A stretch of DNA of 64,000 nt from Lingula anatina. Its lineage: Eukaryota > Animalia > Brachiopoda. The stretch is taken from positions 5,580,001-5,644,000 of the forward strand of contig CM120643.1 in assembly GCA_051362555.1 (NCBI GenBank), written 5' to 3'. Positions within the stretch are counted from its first letter, which is position 1. Each line of letters opens with the position of its first letter. The notes beneath the pieces were generated by a model. The model searched no databases, was not told the DNA's origin, and saw nothing but the letters and a program-made list of their open reading frames with translations. A program made the translations under genes and the position numbers. Shown here piece by piece: positions 14,027 to 26,900 of the stretch.

Positions 14027-14410
14027 GCTTAGTAGAACCTTAGGGTTGAAGTTCGATTCCCGGCTCGGGTACTCCGAAGTGCCTTAATAATTTGTAACTG
14101 GAATTTTTTTCAGAATTTTCCTTTGGTTGCTATAAGAAGAAAGTCTACCCGGGGAGGGTGGGTGGGACCACTTAGAGGAGTGGATAACGCGCTTGCCTCC
14201 TAAACAGCAAGTCCCGAGTTCGATTCCTGGCGTTACTGGGTCCCAGCAAATTACCTTTTGCAAAAATAAAATCCAAATAAGCATTTTAAATTACTACAGT
14301 AGGATCATAGAAAAGTAAGACGGGTAAGCTGAGTTGACAGCTCAGTGGGTAAACCAACAGACTAGTAAGCAGAAGGAAAGTTTAGATGAAGAGTTCGAGA
14401 CAAGCTGAAG
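14027..14410 (+). pseudogene. Three tRNA-derived (pseudo-tRNA or SINE-head-like) modules
   Basis: B-box-like GTTCGA motifs near 14051, 14218 and 14393, with A-box-like sequence upstream of the last two. 14164-14244 has loop CTCCTAA (Arg-CCT-like); 14331-14410 has loop CTAGTAA (Thr-AGT-like). Stems are imperfect. Confidence 0.5.
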
Positions 14411-14739
14411 AAAACTATGCAGAAAATTCACGCTAGCATTTTAATACATTTGTAAAAAAAAATGTTTATTATTGTTCGAACAAATTCAAGCAATTATATC
14501 ATAGATGTTCACAAAAAGAAAAAAGAAAATTACATCGTCAATATTTCTAACAACATTACATTTCAAAATATAAATCGAGTTAAAAAATCCAACTAAAACA
14601 TGTAAATTCTATACATTTTGAAAATTGTTGCTTGAATTACCAATGATTTCTTTAGTTCAGGAATACCATGGCCGTCGTAAGAACATAAAATTCACATGAT
14701 CTAGTCTAGAATCAATCAGCAAATTGATAAATTAACAAT

Positions 14740-14905
14740 CAGACCCGTAGCCAGGGTGGTTGTTGGGGTTCGGGGGTTAGAAAGAACCGCCCTTTTGGTC
14801 AGAAAAGATCCATTCTGGGTATAATTCGATTAAGGTACACAAAGGTTTCATTGTAAATGACCCAGAAAAATAATTCCTCTTTTGTAAGTGCTGGCTACGG
14901 GCCTG
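14740..14905. mobile_element. MITE
   Basis: Inverted ends CAGACCCGTAGCCAG / CTGGCTACGGGCCTG. Confidence 0.65.
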
Positions 14906-16924
14906 GTGATTTTATATTTTACAACTTTAAAGTTGACATGAGTATTATCGCTGATTTCATCCATTAACATTTCTGTCCAAATTCAGTGGTGTGAATGATA
15001 TCGACCATTCAAAATGCATATGACACTCAAATGTAGGCCTATACATGCACCTCGTATTGTGTCGTCGTGCTGATGATCGCACACAAAACAAAAGGACAGC
15101 CCAAAAAGAAGCCATTTTTGTAAGATCTATGGTCGTTTTGCTTATCGAAATGTGCAGCTTTTGGCCTGCATCAACTTGTTTTCTTCACATTAAATCTAAA
15201 ACTTAAATCTGGACACAATTTTAAGAGAACACTACTTTCCACAGTGTGCGAATCAAAAACGGCATGACGACACAGTCCGTTAACATGTGTATCCCGCCAT
15301 ATTCATTGTAAAAAATAATGTGCAATCAAAACTAGAAAGATTACGCAAAATCTATCTACACAAAACAATTGATTCGACAAATGACGATAAACTCAACTCT
15401 GGTCTCTGGTGTTCAATGATCAGGAGACAATAATAACTTCACCAACATGATGTTCAGTACTGACATATGTTAATACTAGATGCACGACCAACCTTCAATA
15501 GGCCAATTTGGTCAAAATTTTGTCACGAAAATTTCAATCCTATCGAAGAATGTACTGTGGATAGAATGTTTACTTACGATATTTACTTTTTTATCATGTA
15601 AGCAACATCCTACAGTCAAAAAAATGCATCGTTATCGTTATACTTCACCTGGTTTTATTTTCTAAAAAAAAGTTTTTCACCCCCTCCCAGCATTGAAAAT
15701 ATGGGTCCGTCACTGATCGGACAATATCAGTACACCGAGAATCAGAGGAAGTTTATTCTTGTGAAGTAACACTACATATCTTTTCAATGCGTGTGGGCAA
15801 TACTACATTCTGTCAGTTTTATAATAGTTTAATTTGTGAAGTGTTATAATTTTGATTGCGTTGTTATCAATTTATTGTAGATATAAGTATTGTTTCTATA
15901 TAACTACATCTTGAATTTTTTCTATACAGATGCATTTTACGTAATGGAGATGTGACAACATTTTTTCATCCAAAAGTTAACTTCATCAAAATGAAGAATG
16001 ATACCACTCCATATTGCCTAATAGCAGCTTTGCCTGCACGCCACACTTACTGTCAAATAGAAATCTCCTGTAGCGTACCTAAACATCATATAGCGACCAC
16101 TTTACGAGATTCACTTCATCATTTTCGTTTCTACACATTACTAAACAAAGGACCTTTTTTGCAGACTTTATTTTTGCTTAAGGAGAGTACCAAGTTTTGA
16201 TCCCATTTAAGTTAGAGAACTGGACACCCTACTCGGTTCAAACGCATAAACAAATAACAATGAAAACGCTATTGAGGGCGGAGAGACTAACGTGAACATT
16301 AAAACGGTGACATGCAGGGTTGACAATTAGTGACAATTTTATTCATTTATTATTTTTTTCTGATTAGATGTTCCATGGATAAAATGCTCGTAATCTGCAA
16401 ATTTTCATTTGGTACACGTTTTGATACAGAATATTATTACCCAAACCAAACATTACATTTCATATTAAATGTCAACCCTGCAAATTGACTAGAGGACAAA
16501 CTTCGGCATGCGAGACTATCTTGACATATAGGTGCAGTCGCTGTCAAATGATGGACGACGCATTCATCTGCTCGCAAATGGTTGGAAAAAGTCCCTGAAA
16601 ATAAACGAAGAAATTTACATTGAAATAACGATGCCATAGGGTTTGATAAAACAGTTTTTAACATTACAGCAACGCGTTTTGGTATTAATTGTATTGTATA
16701 AAACAAATCACGACTCGCCTTATCATACGAATATATTCAGTGAAAGAACACATGCACTTTACAACGACATTTCTATTTCTTTAATCAAGGCAGACTGTTA
16801 TACAAGAACATCATCCGTCATTAGAAAAGCTGCTCAGTTTTGTTTCGTTTCGTCCATTATTAAACAATTGAGAGAGAGAGAGAGAGAGAGAGAGGTGTTT
16901 GTCGGGAGGGGTGTGGGGTGGGGG

Positions 16925-17837
16925 CACCCAGGTCCAATATAGAGGTGCATTTTACATGCTCAAGTATCAGAAAATAAAATTGAATGAATTCGAAGTTACA
17001 TTTATTTTTAATTACATATAATATCATGTGTATAGAACAAAAACCCTACAATGTCTATACATTATGTAAGAAGCATAAGTTTTCCTGTAACGTATGTTCC
17101 GGGACATATAATTCTAATTTTTATTTTGCGTTCCGATATATTTTGTAGCAATTCGGTCATGGTAAATAATATATGACGAAAGGATGTTTTTATAAATATT
17201 TAAACTGTAACCCAAGGGACTTTTCGTCACTGCTAGGACTACGTAACGTATTGGTTCCCCGAAAAATATTTCAGAAAGTTTCATCTTGCCCAAGCACTTG
17301 GTGCAATAGGAAAAGGGTTTTCTGTTGCTGACTGAAAAATATATTGTGATTCCATGTATAGATTGGAATTTCTGATATAATATTTGGACCACGAATGGAA
17401 AATATTTTATTTTTAAATAAAATTAAAATGTTTGTTTTACTGCCAGGAGGGTGTATTTACCCCCAGTTTTATAATATTCAGTGACAAGCAAATTAAAGTC
17501 GCTAAAAAACAATTGCTCTGTACAGAAGATGATCATAATTCTTATGTTATACTTGTAGGGGATAAATTAAAGACCAAAGCCAGTGATAACTGAATTTTCA
17601 AAGGGAGTAAAACGTTCCACAGCTGGACGGTTTGCATTTGTGACAGAAACATGTTCCTTTTTGGGTTTAGACGATGAAATATATTTTATTGTTAATGGTT
17701 CCAGGAGAGTGAAACTTTGATACAAACTTCTTCGTGTGGGACCCTAAAATAATCGAACATAGTTTGCAATCTGTGCACTAAATATTTTCAAGAGAATGCC
17801 TGTGACTTCGCTTGCACCTCTATATTGGGTTTGGGTG
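16925..17837. mobile_element. Non-autonomous DNA transposon with CAC...GTG termini (CMC/Transib-like)
   Basis: CACCCAGGTCCAATATAGAGGTGCA at the left and TGCACCTCTATATTGGGTTTGGGTG at the right: a 25 bp inverted repeat with few mismatches. Confidence 0.7.
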
Positions 17838-18381
17838 AGGGGTGTCTGTATGGAGCTGCGAAGGTAATTACCTGCCTTGTCGCCTCATTAAGATGGAAGA
17901 CTTGTTTGGACCATTGGACCGCTGGAAACTTCTACTTTTGCTTCTTTTTTGGCATATGTGTCCCTCTGGAAAATATAAAATAATAAACTATTTAAACTAA
18001 TTAAAGCTAATTTTGCATTTTAAATGGAAAGTATCGTTCAAGTCAGCGGAATGCCGCCATGAATATGGTGGTTACCCCTTTAGAGCATCATTTTGGGAAA
18101 GTATCGACAAGACAATCAGCAATGTTATCTCACATTTATAATCTACAGTACTCACAACATATTGCCGCTGTTTTCAGTGCAAAATATTTGGCCGAGATGT
18201 GGAATTTATAGCAACATTCTATGAGACTTATTTCTTCTACATCTTCTGCTGACCTTGGTCCTATCTGAACACCTATCACCAAAATGCTCACCTGATTTAC
18301 ATAATAATAGACACCACCTTTCCAGACAGAAGCCTCCACATGAAGATAGGCTTTGTGATATAATCAGGCGCATTGGAAGCC

Positions 18382-18538
18382 CAGGGCCGTAGCCTCCGGG
18401 GGGCAGGGGGGGCAGCTGCCCCCCCTGTGATTTAGAATTTTCCACTCTGGTAAGGGACACCCCCTCCCCCCTCGGGGGCTTCGCCCCCTCGTGTCCGCTT
18501 ACTGCCCCCCCTGGCAATTTGCTCAGGCTACGGCCCTG
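18382..18538. mobile_element. GC-rich MITE with 5 bp target-site duplication
   Basis: Inverted ends CAGGGCCGTAGCC / GGCTACGGCCCTG, flanked on both sides by AAGCC. Confidence 0.85.
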
Positions 18539-20565
18539 AAGCCTATCCTGGGAAGTGGATTTGGGTTTGCTGAAATCATAATGAAAAAAAGAAACAATCA
18601 GAATTCAGCCACCACACTCGATATCAAGTAATAAGACTGAGCATGATTTCATTAGTATAACGAATGAGCAACCCCCCCCCCCCCCACACACACACACAAA
18701 AACTGTCGAGTGATCGAGATTGTGCTAGAGAAGACAAGATGCAATTGTGTCGAATTAACTACGTTACCATCAAGTTATTGCGCACACTTGTCATCTTGTG
18801 AAATAAACAAAGCAAGATATTTTATTTTCTATACTTTTGTGACTGTATTTTTGTCCAGTTATGCCGGATCATTTGTACTTGCAAAAAAATTCCACGTTTG
18901 ATTCTTCTCGATCGGAATTGTGTACATAATTTGCATCCTACATGATTTTTCGGTGTATTTTTATCGCCCTGTACAACAGACTTAAGTGGCCGGGCACAAC
19001 TACAAGTGACACCTCTATCGTTTTATTTGGCACTGCTGAGGAACACAGCAATTCCTCGAATACCGTGAAGTTCAGAGCTACTTCTATGTATATGGGGTGG
19101 GGTGGGGTGGGGGGGTTCTTAGTAGCTGAGTACGTTATTTAGCCAAGTTTTAGTGTGCCCTGGTATCTCTTCACATGAAAATAAATTTCTGGCCAGTTTT
19201 GTCCATGCTCTTCTCTAACACTTAAGACCCAAACTTGGTTTCCGTGATCATCAATCTGTCAAGAATCGGGGATGAATAGAGGGCAATTTTGATAAGTAAT
19301 GGGCCATTATTGCGAATATACTCCACCAATTCATTGGAAAAGCTTAAAAGGATATTACTGTTCGTTTTGGCCAAAAATCCGATTTTCCTCGGGTAAACGA
19401 CGATTCCCCCATACTTCGCGATAGTGAATGAATCCATTCCGACATTCACAGTTAGTCCATTTTTTTCTAAAAAGTTTGGATTTTTGTTGGATTTTTGATA
19501 GTCCCTCTCAAACTTAAAGATTAAATAAATAAGTTAAATTTAACGTCTCCTAAGAACAGCTTTAACTGATAACAGTACAAGCGATTCAATTTCTAGGCAG
19601 GTACACGTCTCTTCAAGTTTGTAAATTAACAACGCAACGCTTTCTTCAGTGGATGGACTATAGACTATTTTTCAGTCAAACAATTTGTAATTCAGAACAG
19701 TAGCTAGCTTAGATCTTGTCACTAGAGTTATGCTGTTCGGCGCAAAGCAAATATATTACATACATATAAATAATACGTAAGCACATCAGTAAGCCAATAA
19801 CCTACTAAAAAAAAAAGAAAGAAAAAAAAAACTAATCATTAAATACGCGACCGTAGTACATCATAAGTATGGTCGCGCAGACAGCGTTAACCAAATATGC
19901 ACCATTTTCACGCGAAGTCAATTAAATCAAAATCTCGAGAAGCAAATTGCGCAAGCATACACATGTATCGCTATTTAGTCAAGGCAGATGATTAACTGCT
20001 GCGCTGGCGACAATTGGCAATTTATTAAAGCAGACTGACAGTGCTTTGGGCTCAGTTCGACATTTTGTGCCAATTTTTACTTTTCTCGCGCATTCTAGCG
20101 ATTTTTTTCGCAATCTCTGTCGGATTTTTAATATTACTGTTTAGATATTGTGCAGTAGGCATCATCAAGACATACAATACAACTTAAGACATCGGCAGTC
20201 ATCTCGGCACTGATATGGTTCAGCATTTCACGTGCGTTGTTCACCTTCCTCCGGGGAACATAAACCCCTGAAGTGATACATGTACACACTGAAACGGAAT
20301 GCGATATTTGATCATGAAATGAGTTTATTAAAACCATAGCATCCAAAAGGTTGAAGTTATAGCAATATATTAGTGCGAATAAAAAATTTAAAAACCTCTC
20401 ATCACATAACTCAAGCAGCTGAGTGGCAAACTGACAGCGAATGAAAATGTTTGAATTTTTTAAAAAGTAAAACGATATTCCTTCTCCCAATCATATTTAT
20501 TAATCTGGGGATATTGCGCTTTCTCTCGACGTTTTCACTATTCTACTGCTATACTTGTTCATCAG

Positions 20566-20828
20566 TGTGATGATTGACGTTTGTTTATATAACTGCCAAT
20601 CAAGCCATCCACCTTCAATAGCTTTGATTGGCACCTCTCAATCATAGGAGGTAAAATCTCCTTCGCAGGATGATCGTGATTGACGTTTGTTTAACTAACC
20701 GTCAATCAAGCTGTCAAAATTGACTTTGATTGACACATATCAATCACGGGAGGTAAAAGTTCCATTGCGGGACGGCTGTGATTGACGTCTGATTATACAG
20801 CCGTCAATCAACTGAATTTGATTGACGG
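20566..20828. repeat. ~2.5 tandem ~105 bp units built from TGATTGAC...GTCAATCA hairpins
   Basis: GATTGACGT(T/C)TG...(G/C)CAATCAA units start near 20571, 20677 and 20778. The first two are followed by a second TTTGATTG...TCAATCA hairpin and GGAGGTAAAA. Confidence 0.7.
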
Positions 20829-23124
20829 AATATAAAATTTCAAATTTTTCATGTATATTCTTCTCGCAATTCTAATTTGGCTTGGTTGTTCAACTTCATT
20901 CGGGTGACGCTAAGGTGAGCTGAAAACTTGATTTTAATATGCTTTTAGTTCTTAACAGCTGGCGGCAGTTTTTCATACTAGTCATTCTTCCTCGTTAAAA
21001 AAAAATTAAAAGTGAAATTCTTTTCAACCACAACAGGTTCTTCTACCTGTGATAGAAATAAACGGGCAGATTTTAATCACTGAGGTAAAATAGCATATTT
21101 CCCCAATCAATGATAATGTGCGTATTTAGAACTATGAAAGTGAAAAAAGTTGTCCATCTCGCTCTCAATATTACATGTTGCAACAGTGATATGGATAGGG
21201 TGAACGGAGTTGGTCATAGATGGTTATGTCTGCAACACTTATTTTTTTGAACAACATACAAAACATTTTATTCTGGGAATTACACAAATGGACTGCAGCA
21301 AGGTTGAAGCAATGTATAAGTCAAGTTTAGATTAAGAGAGACAAACTATTCTACAAAATTCAAACTTGTGTTAGTTTTTTTTTTTTAGAAAATTTCCATT
21401 CCTTTCCATTATGCAGCATCAGGCCTGCAGAATTATTCCCCACTTTTCTGTCTTGGGCTAAGAGAAATCGAAAAATAAATAAATGAATAAATAAATAAAT
21501 AAATAAAATACACAAGAAGAAAAGATAACTTCATAATGCATGAAATAGAAAAAAAAATAACCAAAAAAGTTTGATTTTATTTCATGCAGTGTAAATGTAT
21601 ATACATACTGAGCATAATTTGTGACATCAAGAACGTAATGTTCCTTAATTCATCATCATCATCATCCTTCCCCTTTAGGTGAAATGGCAGCAGCATCAGC
21701 AACATGATAAGACCAAAGTCGTTTCTGTCTCATTATTGCAGGGATAAACCTCACTTGTGTGTAGACCAGTGTCATTCATGATAGTGTCACACAGAAAAGA
21801 AAGAAAGTGGGAAAAATGAGGGAGAATACATGTACCTGTTGTACTCAATGAATGTGGTAAAAATAGATAAACGCAAAGAAAGAGACCAACAGGACCATAT
21901 CTTTTTTTAATAAACTAAAATTTATCCAAGTTCTTAAAATTAAATGTATTCTAATATCTTTTACTTTTTTGGAATCAAACCATTTTAAATATTATCATCG
22001 TACTATCCAACTTTAAGTTGGAACTAAATAATAATTGGTTTCATTATTACTACACAGTCATGTCCCCCTCCCTGTCACTGGATGATCAATGAAACCCTGT
22101 AGATTGTGTAGGAAAAGACTTCTGCAAGTTTAAAACAAAAGAGTTTTTACTTTCCAGATATTGCTGCAGTATATTTCAATACAGCAAAATACAATGAAGA
22201 TGAAAAATAATAAAATATGAACTGCATTCTACATGTAGCTATGCAAGTTACACAGCACAGGCACTGATTTCAAGTAACTGCTCTTTATTTTGTAAGGATT
22301 ATGAGCACCATAATGTTCTGGTTATCATCACAAATACAACTTAAAATGTTATATGCTCATAATGCTGGTATTTGGAATAGCTGGATGAATACATTCTGAA
22401 TTTCAGCACATGCATTAAAAGTACTTGTGGTAAGATTGAAGACAGAAAAGGCACCTGAAACATTACAGGAGATACAAGTATAGCGACCTCCTATACCAAA
22501 AAATAAATAAATATATAAGTCTTCTAAATAAATCTTCTCAGAATGACAGCACTGGACAAGATGACAATGAACAATTACTACACCTGGCTGTTACAACTTG
22601 AGTCTGCTCATATCTTTATTTTATTATTTCTTTAGCGTTCACATTAAAATGTTACATTCACAAGGACTATTGTAAAAAAAACATATATTATTCCACTGAA
22701 CAATTTCCACGCACAACTAAAATCTTCACATACTAATTTTCATATCTAAAACACTTTCTCTTAAATGACTAAAATCAAATTATCAAATGATAGTAGTGAA
22801 TTTTAAGAGAAAAAAAACCCTTTGCTTTCAGTTTATCAACAGGGTAGTGAGATGCACAATTTACTGTATGTACAGAATTGGAAGCTAAATATAATTTTAT
22901 ACACAGCAAACCAGTTACTTATTTTACAAAACACCTGGTTTTCACAATGGAGTTTATATCCGTTTTACATATAGCAAAGCACAACATTACACTCATTTAT
23001 TCACACACTATGTAATCCATAATAATACCTGAAAAGAATGAGGCAATAAATACTACATTTTGAATGCCTTGTTTCCTTTAAACATCAGTTCCAGTTATAA
23101 TATTGATGTATTAGATAATGTTCA

Positions 23125-23173
<49 letters not shown>

Positions 23174-23993
23174 GTTTTGAGTTATTTTTATTGAAATGAA
23201 CTATTTTTCATTGTGTCATGATAACATTTTGTCTGAAAAAATTATAGGTCTATCAAAGTACTGAAATGAAATTCAAATGTAGGGATTGTATGATAGATAT
23301 CAATGATACCGTCAGTTTTTGTACTCATATTTTGTGTAACCTTAAATTACAAATCTCATATCAAGTCTTAGCATTTAAAAGATAGGCCAATATAGAAAGG
23401 GGACCAAATTTAGTCCATTTACTTTTAAACTGAACTCAAGACATACCTTCAGAAAAATTATAAATAGATTTTTATAAATGACTTTTCAATGTGAGTGATG
23501 AAGTAACATTTTGAATTTCTACATTATGTTTTAACCAATTTTTCCAGTTTTATTCAATATTTCTTTTCTTTTACTTTTCTTACCCTTTTTGTTATTTATT
23601 CATTGCATTGTAAAGTCTACTGAACAAATTTGGACTTAAGCCTAGAGTTAAATTGTATTATAATTATCAATATTATTATTATACATGAAGAGTACTCACT
23701 ACTGTACATGTAAGTTGCTGGATTTAAAATATTTTATTTTAATATCTGACATATTATTGTATCACAAACTGTGAATGAGGACACATAATAGCACCTGAAA
23801 CAAGTATACTTGGCAACAGCAAACAACCTATCTATTGTCTAAAACAACATATTTATAAACAATTTAAATTTCTGACATAAAATAAGTTGTGATTAGTATT
23901 TCTGTTCACCAGACATCAATGGTTCAACCTGTATGTACTATCTGAAGGTAGCACTTCTGCCATATCACCAGTTTATGTGGAAGTTGCTGCCAT

Positions 23994-26900
23994 CTAGTGA
24001 CAGTTTTGACAGTTGTCATGACACCTCTGTGCATTCACACGACACATGCAACCTCCACTGATGTCACCTGGGCCCTGAAATAGTCATAATTTGGAAAATT
24101 TCTGAAAATTGCTGACATAATTTTTAATCATGCATACCTCCACTTACATATAGATATTTATCTTATCTCAAATAGTCTCTTCATCACTTAACTACATCTA
24201 AGATGACACAAATATATTCCTAAAAGGAAGAAATTCAAAGAAACAGAATAAATGATAGCTGAAAGCTTTACGATATTTAGAAATCTTGTGCCATTAATGC
24301 TATGTGCTTGGATGAAAATGAACTCTGCAAACATTTACTGTATTAATTCATAATTTAAGCTAAAATACTGAATGATAACAATAAATTAATAAAATAAAAA
24401 CCTACTGCAGGTCCCCATCTGGGTCCTCTTGTGACCCAGCAAATTTCTGTTTTACAAAAACTGCATTTTATCCAATCACATCCATCCTTCTTCTGCACTA
24501 TGACCCTACAATGTGGACATCGCATGGCATCTCCATCTCTGATCAGTTTCTAGAAAAGCAGAACAGACTAATACTACAGCAAATCCAAGAACAGTGCATA
24601 TTTTGGTTGTTACAAACAAAAACACTTTATAAGATATGGTGTAACCGGACCCCCCCCCCCCCCCCCCCCCACCTTGTTAAAGTCTACCTATGATGATTCC
24701 TACTACAGGGTAGCAAGAAACAACATATTACAGAGGATAAGGATAAGGCAAACTACTGTAAGTGGAATTCTCATGTTCTATATTTTGTGAAATAGGAAAA
24801 ACATGCATGTGGATGTAAGAAAAATTTACTTCATTAGGAAAGGAAATGGTCTGGCCTCAAGTGCTTCAGTTTTACGGTATATTCGGTATACGTTGAAATG
24901 TGAACGGCCCTTACTTTCAATTTGTATTAAAACAGGGCACCCCCACCCCCCTCCAACCAGCTGTTCCCTTGCCAGTGTTACCTCTAACATGTCATTGGTC
25001 TGCTTGGCAGCCTTGTCATTTCCTGCTCTGATCTGCAGGTCTTCCTGGTACTGCTTACAGTTGATGCCTTCATGGATTGCCTTACATGTCAGGCAGTTCT
25101 TCTTGCCACAAACTGGACAGTCAAAGAAATTTACCTAGTTTGTTAGAGAAGAGAAAACAATTAAGAGTGAACTGAATCACAAAACCTGAAAACTGAAAAC
25201 ATGACTGTGTATTTGCATGATGAAACAACATATGACTTAGTCTAGTAGCAATTTATTTCAAATACAACAATAACACTGTAAAAGTTAGTGGTCAAAATCT
25301 GAACAACAGAATAAATTAATAAATTGGATGTGTCCAACCAACCTCATCCTCATATATACACCAGCCCCTGCAGTCTGCTGTCTTACAGTGGTAACTATTG
25401 GCAGCCTGGGACTCAGCCTGGGACAGACTCAGCTGCAGGTATTTCTGGAAGACCTCATTGGAAACAAGCTGAAAAACAAACATGCATCAAGCCAATATGG
25501 TTCATCTCAGCCAGAAGTGGATGTGTAATGTTGGGGATGACATGGAATAATTGACAGAAATATAACTGAATCAGAATCAATAATAACAAGACACAGCAAT
25601 ATTGTGGGGGTTATTTTTGGTAACATTAATCCATGGCATTTATCTGCTAAAAATGGCCAATAAACATTACTTGTCCGCAGATAAGTTCAACAAGAAATGG
25701 TTTTATGTAGCGGTGCTTGAGTAAAAAAATTTGTTTAAAAATATTAACTTTATCCCTTTAAAGGGCAATTATGAGTGTCAAATATTTCACTAAAGTGATG
25801 GTTGGAAGAACAAACTGTAAGCGAAACTAGAAAAATCTGGTGATTCCATTATTTTTCATGGCAAAGCTCCATGTATACTCCCTTTAAATGATGTAAAATA
25901 ACATATATTTATATATATATATATATGCCACTAGGAAGGAATGTCATTTACACTGATTTTGTCTTGCTCAATTTTCATTACCCACTACAAAAGATTTATT
26001 TAAGACATGGATAAAAATTCTACTTACTGCCTTTATTTCCATATCTTGCAGAAAGGAAGGACATGTGTAGTTGTCATCCTGATATGGGCACTTCACAGCA
26101 GCCTCCTCACTGTAAGTAACTGCAGCCTGCAAACAGCTCCTAGAAATACAAACCAGATACATCTTAATCTACTCCACCATTTCTTTCATAAACTTTAGAT
26201 AGAATTCAATAGAGTGCAATTCAATACTCTAATCCAGTACCATTTCCATTTCTAACTACTACATCTATACTACAGGCTACATCTACTCTTAGACTTACAC
26301 AAAAATAGATATATATATAGCACTGGCCACTTTTGGACAGAGACTGCAACCTCCCAACAAAATAAATTTTAATTTGTTAAAACAAATAAAGAAGATAAAA
26401 AAGAAAAGAAAAGTCACCATCAGAATTCCTGAAGTTTCTTTAAATAAAAAGTTTTAAATAAAATTTTAAAAAAGAGCACATCATTCTTACTTGCAGAACA
26501 TATGCAGACAGTCCCTGAGTACCACCCCATCACCAGGTGCTATGTCATCAAAACAGATAGGACAGGTGAAGTCCTCTGTGTTCACCACCAGAGACTGGTC
26601 TGCTGCATGTAACAACTGCTGGTAGTTCTCTAATCTTTGCTGCCCTTCTTGACGCCGTCTTCTTTCTTGATACTGAGCAAAATAATTTGAACAAATATTA
26701 GCAATTTAAGTAAGCATCAGATCTTCAAAAAACTGGGATGAACTGCTACTCTAAGATTGAAACTCTCAAATCCCAGGGAGGCGAGATTGTACACAGCGTG
26801 TTTTGACCAGTTGTATACTTGTTATATGTATGTACATATTTGTAAAGTCTAACGAACATATTCATATGGAGTTTAGACTTAAAATAAATATATTATTATT

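Noticed and set aside
14164-14244. Functional tRNA-Arg gene
   Set aside because: The anticodon loop is enlarged and the D and T stems are mismatched; treated as tRNA-derived.
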